Assembly (NCBI RefSeq): GCF_000020385.1
Contig: NC_010814.1
Location: 1,470,001-1,502,000, forward strand
Length of the DNA: 32,000 bases
Origin: Trichlorobacter lovleyi SZ
Lineage (GTDB): Bacteria; Desulfobacterota; Desulfuromonadia; Geobacterales; Pseudopelobacteraceae
Direction of reading: 5' to 3'
Position 1 is the first letter of the stretch. Each line of letters opens with the position of its first letter. The notes under the pieces were generated by a model. That model was not told where the DNA came from. It did not search any database and saw only the letters and a list, made by a program, of their open reading frames with translations. A program made the position numbers and the translations under genes. Positions 24,307-32,000 of the stretch are shown piece by piece.

Positions 24307-24332
24307 GGTTCGTTCCCAGTAGCGCGCACCAA
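24307..24332 (+). repeat. right att repeat: tRNA 3'-end copy (19 bp identical, 26 bp with 2 mismatches)
   Basis: GGTTCGTTCCCAGTAGCGCGCACCAA compares with GGTTCAATCCCAGTAGCGCGCACCAA at 4841-4866. The T-stem 5' strand is not intact here, so it is not a functional tRNA. Confidence 0.75.
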
Positions 24333-24344
24333 ATACAGCACATG

Positions 24345-24377
24345 GGCCGACTGATCTAGTTTCAGTTGGCCTTTTTT
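24345..24377 (+). terminator. rho-independent terminator immediately after the tRNA 3'-end copy (native tRNA terminator)
   Basis: GGCCGACTGA-TCTAGTT-TCAGTTGGCC (10 bp, one G-U) followed by TTTTTT. Confidence 0.75.
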
Positions 24378-24390
24378 GTATCTCTACCGG

Positions 24391-24418
24391 TTGAAAACTG
24401 GACGAAGAACGATATAAC
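24391..24418 (+). promoter_or_regulatory. possible sigma70 promoter of the pilus-like cluster
   Basis: TTGAAA, a 16-nt spacer, then TATAAC. A second TATAAT is at 24424-24429. This rests on weak pattern evidence only. Confidence 0.25.
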
Positions 24419-24479
24419 AGGTATATAATTTAAGGCCTTATCTTGAGTTTTGCTGGAACTATGAACAGGGTACTTTTGA

Positions 24480-25007
24480 GTGCATGCCATGTCTGTCAGA
24501 GCCGCATACCTTCATAATCAGAAGGGGTTTACCTATCTGATCGCGCTGCTCGCCGTGATGCTGATCGGTATCATGCTTGGTGCTGCCGGTACCAGTTGGA
24601 AAAACGTCATGCAGCGTGAGCGCGAAGAAGAACTGCTGTTTCGCGGCATGCAGATTCAGGACGCCATTGGTCGCTGGCATCAGCCGCAAGGAAATGTGCA
24701 ACAACATGCTGCCACGCCGTTGAATGACCTGAAAGATCTTTTAAGGGACCCTCGTACTCCGGCAACCGTGCGCTACCTGCGAAAGCTGTACCGCGATCCC
24801 ATCACCAATCAGGACTGGGTTCTGATTGGTGAACCGGCCCGTGGCATCATTGGTGTTGCCAGCAGTAGTACCGAGCGGGTTATCAAGAAGGATAACTTTC
24901 CTGATCAGCTACAGGATCTGGTCAACAAAGAACGTTATGATCAGTGGCAGTTTGTCTATAAGCCGACACAGAAAACAGTGCAACAGGCAGTTCAGGTTTC
25001 CAGGTAA
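24480..25007 (+). CDS. prepilin-type (pseudopilin/minor pilin-like) protein
   Basis: ...HNQKG/FTYLIALLAVMLIGIMLGAAG is an N-terminal cleavage/methylation-type motif followed by a hydrophobic helix. Position +5 is Ile, not Glu. The start is either GTG at 24480 or ATG at 24489. Confidence 0.7.
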   Translation: MHAMSVRAAYLHNQKGFTYLIALLAVMLIGIMLGAAGTSWKNVMQREREEELLFRGMQIQDAIGRWHQPQGNVQQHAATPLNDLKDLLRDPRTPATVRYLRKLYRDPITNQDWVLIGEPARGIIGVASSSTERVIKKDNFPDQLQDLVNKERYDQWQFVYKPTQKTVQQAVQVSR

Positions 25008-25040
25008 ATGTTTGTGTGCAGCAAGGAAGGAAGGTCATTT

Positions 25041-28000
25041 ATGACTAACAAATTTCCAGTAAACCATCTGATTGTTTTGTTTGTACTCTGGATAGTTGCC
25101 CTTTTTAGTGCCGTTCCGGCGGTTGCATCCACAACATTGGATACTGCTTTTAATCCGGTGCTGTCTAAAGCCGGTCAGATAACCGGTATTGTTCCGCTGG
25201 TAAACGGCAAGGTCGTGGTGATTGGAAGTTTCTCCTCCATCAGCGGGGTAGCGCGTAAAAATATTGCGGTGTTGAATCCGGATGGCAGTGTTGATACCAG
25301 CTTTCAGCTGGATAGCCGGATACCGTCCGACATGATCTATGCTGCTGCAGTGCAGAGTGATGGCAAGATTCTGATCGGTGGTCAAATATCGATTATAGGT
25401 GCAACAGAATCGCAAAACTATCTGTTTCGCGTAAGCAGCACCGGTGTCTGGGACGAGACCTTTAAGCCGGGGCGGTATGTCTATACACCAGGTGTTACCT
25501 ATGGTCTGGATGGTGCTGTCAGGGCTATTACCGTGGATGGCAATGGCAAGATTCTGGTGGGGGGCGATTTTACTGCACCAAAGAATCATATTGTTCGGCT
25601 TAACCCCTTGGATGGTTCGGAAGATACCTCGTTTAATCCCGGAACAGGGGCCGATGGGACGGTTACCCATATTGCCCGGCAGTCCACCGGCCATATTATT
25701 ATTGGCGGCTCCTTTGCTACCGTGAATGGTACTGCCAAGGCCAAGGTGGCACGTCTGTCCGCAACAGGCTCCTTGGATGCCGCTTTTGGCACCGGGCTTT
25801 ATGGTGGCAGTCTGCAGGCCCTGGCGGTGCAGTCCGATGACAAGGTGCTGCTGGGCGGCAGTTTTTTCGGGTTGAACGGCACCTATGATCTGCCCAAGCT
25901 GATTCGGACTTCTGCCGATGGCGTGCTGGATGCGAGCTTTACGCAATTGGTGCCCTATTACGATAATCTAGGGGAGATTCAGTATACCGCTGCAGCCAAC
26001 TATTTTCAGGCCATTACCAGTCTTTTGGTTTTGCCGGACAAGATTGTAGTAGGCGGCTGGTATAGCTCCATTATCATGAGCGGAAACCCGCTTTACCATG
26101 ATGCCAGGATTTTTATCCTTGAAGCGGGTAATGGAGCCTATACGAGTTTGATGACCTTTAAAAGCGGGCCGACGAATACCGATGGCTCTACCCACTCGGA
26201 TGTCTTTGCCCTGGGAAAACGCAGTGACGGCCAACCCTTGGCTGGTGGCAGTTTTACCCAGAATGATTCCAATGAAGACTACTACTATGGCCTTTGCTTG
26301 ATCTCCAGCACCACTTGGCAGCCTGTCACTACCTATAAGCCGGTGGTGGGTGGCCAGCCTAATGTGAAGTCACTGGCCCTGCAAGCCGATGGCAAGCTGC
26401 TGGCAGCCGGCGATTTCTACCTGGTAGGCAGCACCCCTGAAAACGGTCTGGCCCGTTTCAGCACCACCGGTACGCTGGATACTACACTGGTTACTCCGCT
26501 TGTTAAAGGCGGGACAATCAATAGTGTGCTGGCACGCAGCGACGGCAAGCTGATTGTAGGTGGTTATTTTTATTATATATCTGACACTAGCGTATATCGT
26601 GATATAGCCTTGCTCAGTGCTGGTGGAGTTTTTGAATCAGGAAACGCGGTGGGGATGCACAACGCTCTGGCCCTAACGACAGACAACAAAGTGCTGACCG
26701 CCTTGTATCATAACCCTGGCATTAAGGGATTGAACGCTGATTTAACGGTTGATTCAAGTTTTGTCCCGGGTACCGGAATACCCAATAGTCAGACAGAGTA
26801 TGTCAATACTGTAGTGGTTCAACCTGATGGCAAGATTCTCGTGGGGGGCTCGTTTTCAAGTTTCAGTGGTGCTGTGCGGCAAAACATTGTGCGGCTGAAT
26901 AGTGATGGCAGTATTGATAATACCTTTGCGTCTCCTGTTTTTACCGTTTTTTACGGCCAGAGTGAGGTGTATGCAATAGCGGTGCAGCCTGACGGCAAGA
27001 TCCTGCTGGCCGGGCGCTTCTCTACGGTGGGCGGCGTTGCCAGCCCTACCGTGGTGCGACTGAACAGCAACGGCAGTGTGGATACCTCATTTCAGGCACC
27101 GTTCGGAGACTCCGGTTCCACTGCCTACGCACTGGCCCTGCAGCCAGATGGCAGGATACTGGTGGGCGGGAGTATGCAGATCGTTGAAGGAGAAAGCATC
27201 TATAATAGTCTGGTGCGGCTGTATCCCAACGGCAGTCGGGATAGCTCCTTTGGTAGTTCCATCACCGGCACCGTCAAGTCGATTGTGCTGAACGGCACGC
27301 AGATTGTGGCGGGTGGTACCATCGAGGCAGTGGACGGCACAGCCCGCCAAGGTCTGGCACGCTTCACTACGACTCCGGAATATCTTTTGACCGTAACAAG
27401 ATCGAGCGTAGCTGGTGGGAGCATTACCGCCAGCACCGGCACCTTCGGCTGGAGTGGAACGGTCGGTATGGCGGCTTATAACAGTGGAACCAGTGTAACG
27501 CTGACCGCCCAGGCGGGGGCGGGCTACATCTTCAGCGGCTGGTCCGGCGAGGGCTGCAGCGGTACCGGCAGCTGTACGGTTGCCATGTCTGCAGCACGTA
27601 GTGTCACCGCTACGTTTACTGCAATACCCCAAGTGGCCCTGACGGTAACACTGGGAGGCAGTGGCGGCGGTTCAGTCATCAGTACTCCTGCAGGTATCGA
27701 TTGTCCCGCTTCCAGCTGTTCCGGCCAGTTTGCTAGCGGTAGTACGGTCTCACTCACCGCTGTCCCCAACGCCAGCTCAACCTTTGATGGCTGGATTGGT
27801 TGTCAAACTACGAATGGTACGGTTTGTGGTGTGATCATGAATACTCCTAGAGAGGTGACTCCGCTCTTTAACTCAGCAAAAGCCCAGATCGGGGGTGTCG
27901 GTTATGCCACCCTGGCAGAGGCGTTTGCCACCAACTTTGGTACAACGCCGATACTCCTGCTCGACGGTAACCTTGCCGAGTCGTTGACCGTTACCAAGGC

Positions 28001-28124
28001 CGTAACCCTGAAAGGCGGCTATAATGCTACGTTTACAGCATTAACCGGACTTTTCAGCAACCTGACAGCTCCCTTGACTATCAGTACCGGCAGTCTGACC
28101 GCCTCCATGCTGGTCATTAAATAA
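25041..28124 (+). CDS. exported ~1027-aa protein: ~11 delta-60 (DUF5122-type beta-propeller) repeats + two InlB-B-repeat-like domains
   Basis: AAGGAAGGAAGG RBS. The signal peptide is MTNKFPVNHLIVLFVLWIVALFSAVPAVA/STT. A recurring unit reads LNxDGSxDTSF...VQxDGKILxGG..F. Near the C-terminus there are two YxLTV...GTSVTLTAxxxxGYxFxGWxG modules. Confidence 0.8.
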   Translation: MTNKFPVNHLIVLFVLWIVALFSAVPAVASTTLDTAFNPVLSKAGQITGIVPLVNGKVVVIGSFSSISGVARKNIAVLNPDGSVDTSFQLDSRIPSDMIYAAAVQSDGKILIGGQISIIGATESQNYLFRVSSTGVWDETFKPGRYVYTPGVTYGLDGAVRAITVDGNGKILVGGDFTAPKNHIVRLNPLDGSEDTSFNPGTGADGTVTHIARQSTGHIIIGGSFATVNGTAKAKVARLSATGSLDAAFGTGLYGGSLQALAVQSDDKVLLGGSFFGLNGTYDLPKLIRTSADGVLDASFTQLVPYYDNLGEIQYTAAANYFQAITSLLVLPDKIVVGGWYSSIIMSGNPLYHDARIFILEAGNGAYTSLMTFKSGPTNTDGSTHSDVFALGKRSDGQPLAGGSFTQNDSNEDYYYGLCLISSTTWQPVTTYKPVVGGQPNVKSLALQADGKLLAAGDFYLVGSTPENGLARFSTTGTLDTTLVTPLVKGGTINSVLARSDGKLIVGGYFYYISDTSVYRDIALLSAGGVFESGNAVGMHNALALTTDNKVLTALYHNPGIKGLNADLTVDSSFVPGTGIPNSQTEYVNTVVVQPDGKILVGGSFSSFSGAVRQNIVRLNSDGSIDNTFASPVFTVFYGQSEVYAIAVQPDGKILLAGRFSTVGGVASPTVVRLNSNGSVDTSFQAPFGDSGSTAYALALQPDGRILVGGSMQIVEGESIYNSLVRLYPNGSRDSSFGSSITGTVKSIVLNGTQIVAGGTIEAVDGTARQGLARFTTTPEYLLTVTRSSVAGGSITASTGTFGWSGTVGMAAYNSGTSVTLTAQAGAGYIFSGWSGEGCSGTGSCTVAMSAARSVTATFTAIPQVALTVTLGGSGGGSVISTPAGIDCPASSCSGQFASGSTVSLTAVPNASSTFDGWIGCQTTNGTVCGVIMNTPREVTPLFNSAKAQIGGVGYATLAEAFATNFGTTPILLLDGNLAESLTVTKAVTLKGGYNATFTALTGLFSNLTAPLTISTGSLTASMLVIK

Positions 28125-28126
28125 CC

Positions 28127-29344
28127 ATGCCGCTCTTTATCTGCAAACTGGGCAGTCCCGATGGCGCTATCCTGCAGCGAGAGCTGGAGGCGGTTGACGA
28201 AGCACAGTTGCGGGCAGGGCTGGAGGCGCAGGGTTATCACGTTTTTTCGCTGCAACGGTCCGGCCTGAAACTGTCGTTCAACTTTTTGAAGCCGCGCGGC
28301 GGTCGCATCGACAACCGGGAACTGTTGGCCTTTAATCAGGAACTGGTGGTGCTGCTGAAATCCGGTATGCCGATTGTGCCGGTGCTGGATGCAATCCTTG
28401 AGCATCGCCGAAAGGCCGGTGGTACTTTTGCCCAGGTGCTGGGACAGGTGCGGGAGGATGTCAAAGGAGGGGCTGCGCTCTCCACTGCCCTGGAGCGGCA
28501 CGGCAGGCTGTTTCCGCCGCTGTATCTTGCGTCTGTCCGGGCAGGAGAGCGGACCGGTGAGGTGCCCCAGACCATCCGTCGCTACATCCTGTTCCTGAAA
28601 AGGTCTGAGGAACTACGTAAAAAGCTGATCTCTGCACTGATTTATCCAAGTATTCTCGTGGTGGTGGCGGTACTGGCAATCATGTTGCTGCTGATCTATG
28701 TGGTTCCCACCTTCAGTCATGTCTATGCCGATTCCGGGTCTCAACTGCCCCTGCTGACCCGTCTGCTGATCAGCTTTACCAATACCTTGCAGTCGACTGT
28801 TGTGGTCTGGCTACCGGGGATGGTCGCGGCTGTTGTTGGCCTGCGCAGCTGGAGCCGCTCTGACGGAGGACGTCAGCGGATAGACCGCTGGAAACTGGCA
28901 CTGCCGGTGTTGGGTGACCTGTTTTTCGGGTATGCCGTATCGGTCTTTTCCCGTACTCTGGCCACGCTGCTGGGTAGCGGTATACCGATCGTTGAATCGT
29001 TGCGGATGTCTTTGGGCACCCTGAACAACCGCCTGCTGGAGCAAGGCATGGTCATAGCCATCCATCAGGTGGAAGAGGGAGGACGGCTCTCGGTGGCCCT
29101 TGAACAGCAGCAGTTGATGCCGCCGCTGGCATTGCGGATGTTGGGGGTAGGAGAGGCAACCGGATCAATGGAGGAAATGCTGTCCGATGTTGCCGAACAC
29201 CTTGAGGCCCAGGTTGAGGAGCGCTTGCAGCTCCTGACCACTGCCATTGAACCGGCAGTCATGCTGATTATGGGCCTGGTGATCGGTATCATCATCGTGG
29301 CCATGTATCTGCCGATCTTTAAACTTGCCGGAACAGTGGGGTAG
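28127..29344 (+). CDS. type II secretion / type IV pilus platform protein (GspF/PilC family)
   Basis: It has two T2SSF-type repeats, three hydrophobic segments and a length of 405 aa. The start is 2 nt after the upstream stop. Confidence 0.85.
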   Translation: MPLFICKLGSPDGAILQRELEAVDEAQLRAGLEAQGYHVFSLQRSGLKLSFNFLKPRGGRIDNRELLAFNQELVVLLKSGMPIVPVLDAILEHRRKAGGTFAQVLGQVREDVKGGAALSTALERHGRLFPPLYLASVRAGERTGEVPQTIRRYILFLKRSEELRKKLISALIYPSILVVVAVLAIMLLLIYVVPTFSHVYADSGSQLPLLTRLLISFTNTLQSTVVVWLPGMVAAVVGLRSWSRSDGGRQRIDRWKLALPVLGDLFFGYAVSVFSRTLATLLGSGIPIVESLRMSLGTLNNRLLEQGMVIAIHQVEEGGRLSVALEQQQLMPPLALRMLGVGEATGSMEEMLSDVAEHLEAQVEERLQLLTTAIEPAVMLIMGLVIGIIIVAMYLPIFKLAGTVG

Positions 29345-29354
29345 GAACAGCACT

Positions 29355-31079
29355 ATGGAGATGTCACAACACAAGAAACTCAGCCAGATCATGACGGAGC
29401 TGGATGCCCTGACTGCCGAGGAGATCGATCTGGTCCTGGCTCATCAGGCCGCGCAGGGGGGACGTTTTGGAGAGGCTGCCCGGGAGCTTGGCCTGGTGGA
29501 TGAAGCAATGGTTGCCAAGGCGCTTGCCGCCCAGTTTGGTCTGCCGTTTGTGGATCTTGGCAGTTTCAAGGTGGATCACGGGCTGTTCGACACCCTCCCG
29601 CCTGATCTGATGTACCGCTATCACTTTGTGCCGCTTTCCCTGGATGACGGTGTGTTGAACATAGCCATTGCCGATCCTACGGACGTTCTGATGCTGGACG
29701 AACTTGAACTGGTACTGGATCGGCCGGTCACCTTTTCTGTTGCCGCAACGCCAGCCATCAACAAACTGCTCAAGGGGGGAGAAGGGACCCGCCGGGTCTT
29801 GCGGGATGTGTCTGAGGACTTTCTGCTGCAACTGGTAAAAGAGACCGATAGCGGCGAAGAGGTTCTCTCTCTGGAGAGCCTGTCGTCAGATACCGCCTCC
29901 AGCCCGATCGTCAAACTGATCAATACCACCCTGCTGGACGCCCTGGGCCGTCGTGCCAGTGATATCCATGTTGAAACCGGTCATGACGGGGTCACCATCA
30001 AATACCGGATTGACGGGGTGCTTTACCAGGCCAATGATCCGATTGACCTCCACTTTCAGGGACCGATCATCTCCCGCCTCAAGATCATGAGTGAGCTGGA
30101 TATTTCTGAACGACGCATTCCTCAGGATGGCCGTTTCAAGATCCGTTTGGGGGACAAGTCGATTGACTTCCGGGTGTCGATCATGCCCAGCGCCCATGGC
30201 GAAGATGCGGTCATCAGGATTCTTGATAAAGAAAGTATTGCCGCCGAGATGAAAGGTTTAAGTCTTGAGCATCTTGGCATCCATCCCCGCGAACTGACCC
30301 GTATCAGGCGCAAGATTCGCGAACCGTACGGCATGGTGCTGGTGACCGGCCCCACCGGTTCAGGTAAGACCACCACCCTGTACGCTGCCTTAACCGAAAT
30401 CCATACCGGTCTGGACAAGATCATTACCATTGAAGACCCGGTTGAATATCTGCTGAAGGGGGTGCTGCAGATCCCGGTCAATGAAAAAAAGGGACTGACC
30501 TTTGCCCGCGGTCTACGCTCCATCCTGCGCCATGACCCGGACAAGATCATGGTGGGGGAGATCCGCGATCCCGAAACCGCCCAGATCGCGGTGCAGTCGG
30601 CCCTGACCGGACACCTGGTCTTTACCACGGTCCATGCCAACAACGTGCTGGATGTGATCGGGCGTTTTACCCACATGGGGCTCGATCCCTACAACTTTGT
30701 CTCTTCACTGAACTGTGTCATTGCCCAACGGCTGGTTCGTAAGGTCTGTAAAGAGTGTCGCCGGCCGGTCGACCTGACGGATCAACAGTTGCGCGAGGCG
30801 GCCATTGACCCTGCCTGGCGTGCCACTGCCACCTTCTATGAGGCGGTTGGCTGTGATGCCTGTAACAGTACCGGCTATCGGGGGCGTTCCGCCATTATTG
30901 AGATGCTGGAGATGAATGATGAGCTGAGGGATATGATCGTATCCAAGACGCCGGCGGTGCGGCTGAAACAGGTTGCCCGTGAACAGGGGACGGTCTTTCT
31001 GCGGGAGGCAGCAGTAGAAAAGCTGTGTGCCGGTGATACCACGTTGCAGGAAATCAACCGCGTGACATTTGTGGAATAG
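29355..31079 (+). CDS. GspE/PilB-family secretion ATPase with MshEN/T2SSE_N-type N-terminal domain
   Basis: Walker A is GPTGSGKTTT and the Asp box/Walker B is KIMVGEIRD. The tetracysteine motif is CKECRRP...CDACNSTGYRGR. The N-terminus reads ...AKALAAQFGLPFVDL. ATG at 29355 lies after the GspF stop at 29344. Confidence 0.9.
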   Translation: MEMSQHKKLSQIMTELDALTAEEIDLVLAHQAAQGGRFGEAARELGLVDEAMVAKALAAQFGLPFVDLGSFKVDHGLFDTLPPDLMYRYHFVPLSLDDGVLNIAIADPTDVLMLDELELVLDRPVTFSVAATPAINKLLKGGEGTRRVLRDVSEDFLLQLVKETDSGEEVLSLESLSSDTASSPIVKLINTTLLDALGRRASDIHVETGHDGVTIKYRIDGVLYQANDPIDLHFQGPIISRLKIMSELDISERRIPQDGRFKIRLGDKSIDFRVSIMPSAHGEDAVIRILDKESIAAEMKGLSLEHLGIHPRELTRIRRKIREPYGMVLVTGPTGSGKTTTLYAALTEIHTGLDKIITIEDPVEYLLKGVLQIPVNEKKGLTFARGLRSILRHDPDKIMVGEIRDPETAQIAVQSALTGHLVFTTVHANNVLDVIGRFTHMGLDPYNFVSSLNCVIAQRLVRKVCKECRRPVDLTDQQLREAAIDPAWRATATFYEAVGCDACNSTGYRGRSAIIEMLEMNDELRDMIVSKTPAVRLKQVAREQGTVFLREAAVEKLCAGDTTLQEINRVTFVE

Positions 31080-31211
31080 GTGGTACACTTTTTAAACCGA
31101 ACAAGTTTCTTATCTGCAGGATACATGTGACATCTGCCTGACTGCCGGCCGGTAACACCTTCCTCCACCCCTCCTGGCCAGCCTAGGCCGCTGTTAATCA
31201 GGAGGTGGCTT

Positions 31212-32000
31212 ATGAACCTTCAGTCCGGCCCGATAACGTTTACTTTTATAGTAGGAACCCTCCTCTTAAACCTCCGCTTCTTGTCCCTGCCTCGGATTCT
31301 TGTCCTTAGCCTGCTACTCACTGCGGTTTCGCCGGCATTCGTGCTTGCTGACGATATCTGCGGCTGGGGTACGTCCACCAAGTGGAAGGTTAAGATGCAT
31401 CTGACCCAGGTGCTGAGCAAGTCGGGAATTCTGCAATCAGGGCCTGACTGTACTGCCAACTATGTGCTGGCGCTGGACCATGTCTCGGATGTAAGAGGCG
31501 AGTTCATCAGCAGCGGAACGCCTGGCCAGTATCAGGGAGACCTGACGAGCACTGAGGTCGTGAACAACATGATGGACATTCCGTTCACCGGCAGGCCTGA
31601 GTGCAGCTATGGGAATGTCTACTTTACCGAAATAGGTACTGGAGAAGGAGCTGAAAGTGCTGTTCCGTTTACCATCGATACTGCGATGGGGAAGTACACC
31701 ATCAGATTTCCACATACCGGGGTTGATATTCCATTCAATTATATCACCATGTATGGAGGGTATTCGGGAACACTTAATAAAGAGATCAACGGCGGGTTCA
31801 TTATAGACTATCCAGGCATGGTACTTGCCGAAAGCCCATCCGATCCGGTCACTACCCTTGAATTTCCGCTGCCAGGCGCCTCCCCCCAAATCATCACCGG
31901 CGAAACCACCTTTCCTCACCAGCAGTACCCTGAAATTCCGGTCACCTGGTCATGGGAGTTGACACCTGATGCCGGCGGGGCTGAAAAGGAGCTGGGCGCA
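31212..32000 (+). CDS. exported hypothetical protein, 3' end beyond the window
   Basis: It is not in the ORF track because there is no stop in the window. AGGAGG lies 7 nt before ATG at 31212, and the frame stays open to position 32000. The N-terminus ...LPRILVLSLLLTAVSPAFVLA/DD is signal-peptide-like. The track ORFs 31220-31459(-) and 31437-31919(-) are shadows. Confidence 0.6.
   Translation, partial: MNLQSGPITFTFIVGTLLLNLRFLSLPRILVLSLLLTAVSPAFVLADDICGWGTSTKWKVKMHLTQVLSKSGILQSGPDCTANYVLALDHVSDVRGEFISSGTPGQYQGDLTSTEVVNNMMDIPFTGRPECSYGNVYFTEIGTGEGAESAVPFTIDTAMGKYTIRFPHTGVDIPFNYITMYGGYSGTLNKEINGGFIIDYPGMVLAESPSDPVTTLEFPLPGASPQIITGETTFPHQQYPEIPVTWSWELTPDAGGAEKELGA

Larger units (their letters stand above)
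4848..24332. mobile_element. genomic island B (~19.5 kb) integrated at a tRNA 3' end
   Basis: It is bounded by the identical 19-bp direct repeat (4848-4866 and 24314-24332). An integrase gene starts 75 bp inside the left repeat. The content is mosaic (2 IS elements, 2 further recombinases). A native-looking tRNA terminator follows immediately outside the right repeat. Confidence 0.7.

Noticed and set aside
31220-31919. Track ORFs 31220-31459(-) and 31437-31919(-)
   Set aside because: Both are antisense to a plus-strand frame with an excellent RBS and signal peptide that stays open to the window end. Neither has an RBS or a recognisable motif.
1-32000. CRISPR arrays, rRNA genes, retron/DGR-type reverse transcriptase loci, toxin-antitoxin pairs
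   Set aside because: I saw no regularly spaced short direct repeats, rRNA-like sequence or reverse-transcriptase motifs (YxDD) on reading both strands, and no small two-gene cassettes with recognisable TA motifs. This absence rests on visual inspection only.

Overview
Mosaic accessory region followed by a core pilus/T2SS-like locus. The host is possibly Desulfuromonadota/Geobacter-like, but that is only a weak inference from the gene content. The window falls into three blocks. (A) 1-4866 is the right-hand end of a small integrative element. It carries a P4-type tyrosine integrase (3385-4650, minus) and a CI-type double-HTH repressor (2657-3379, plus). The repressor is divergent from an excisionase-family HTH gene and a winged-helix Rep-like gene (2529-1288, minus). 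Downstream lie a repeat-containing non-coding stretch that looks like an origin (926-1260) and a second tyrosine recombinase running off the left edge (709-1, minus). (B) 4848-24332 is a ~19.5-kb genomic island bounded by a 19-bp direct repeat that is the 3' end of a tRNA. It carries its own DUF6538-type integrase (4941-6677) and a visibly GC-richer small-HTH plus tyrosine-recombinase module. An IS3-family and an IS21-family element sandwich a ~150-nt remnant of an AraC_N-type regulator. Next comes a YqhD/DkgA-like carbonyl-reductase operon (Fe-ADH, exported alpha/beta hydrolase, cupin, aldo-keto reductase). A sigma54/GAF enhancer-binding protein is divergent from a sigma54-promoter-driven operon: azoR, an acetylene-hydratase-like Mo/W enzyme, and DUF169. 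The island ends with a serine resolvase, a coiled-coil KfrA-like protein and a small coupled ORF. (C) 24345-32000 starts with the native tRNA terminator. It then encodes a pseudopilin, a ~1027-aa delta-60-repeat beta-propeller / InlB-B-repeat exported protein, a GspF/PilC platform, a GspE/PilB ATPase, and an exported protein that runs off the right edge. I saw no rRNA, no complete tRNA and no CRISPR array. The best candidates for undescribed biology are the sigma54-controlled azoR / Mo-enzyme / DUF169 operon and the pilus-like module with an embedded giant propeller protein. All functional calls come from motif recognition by eye; no database search was possible.
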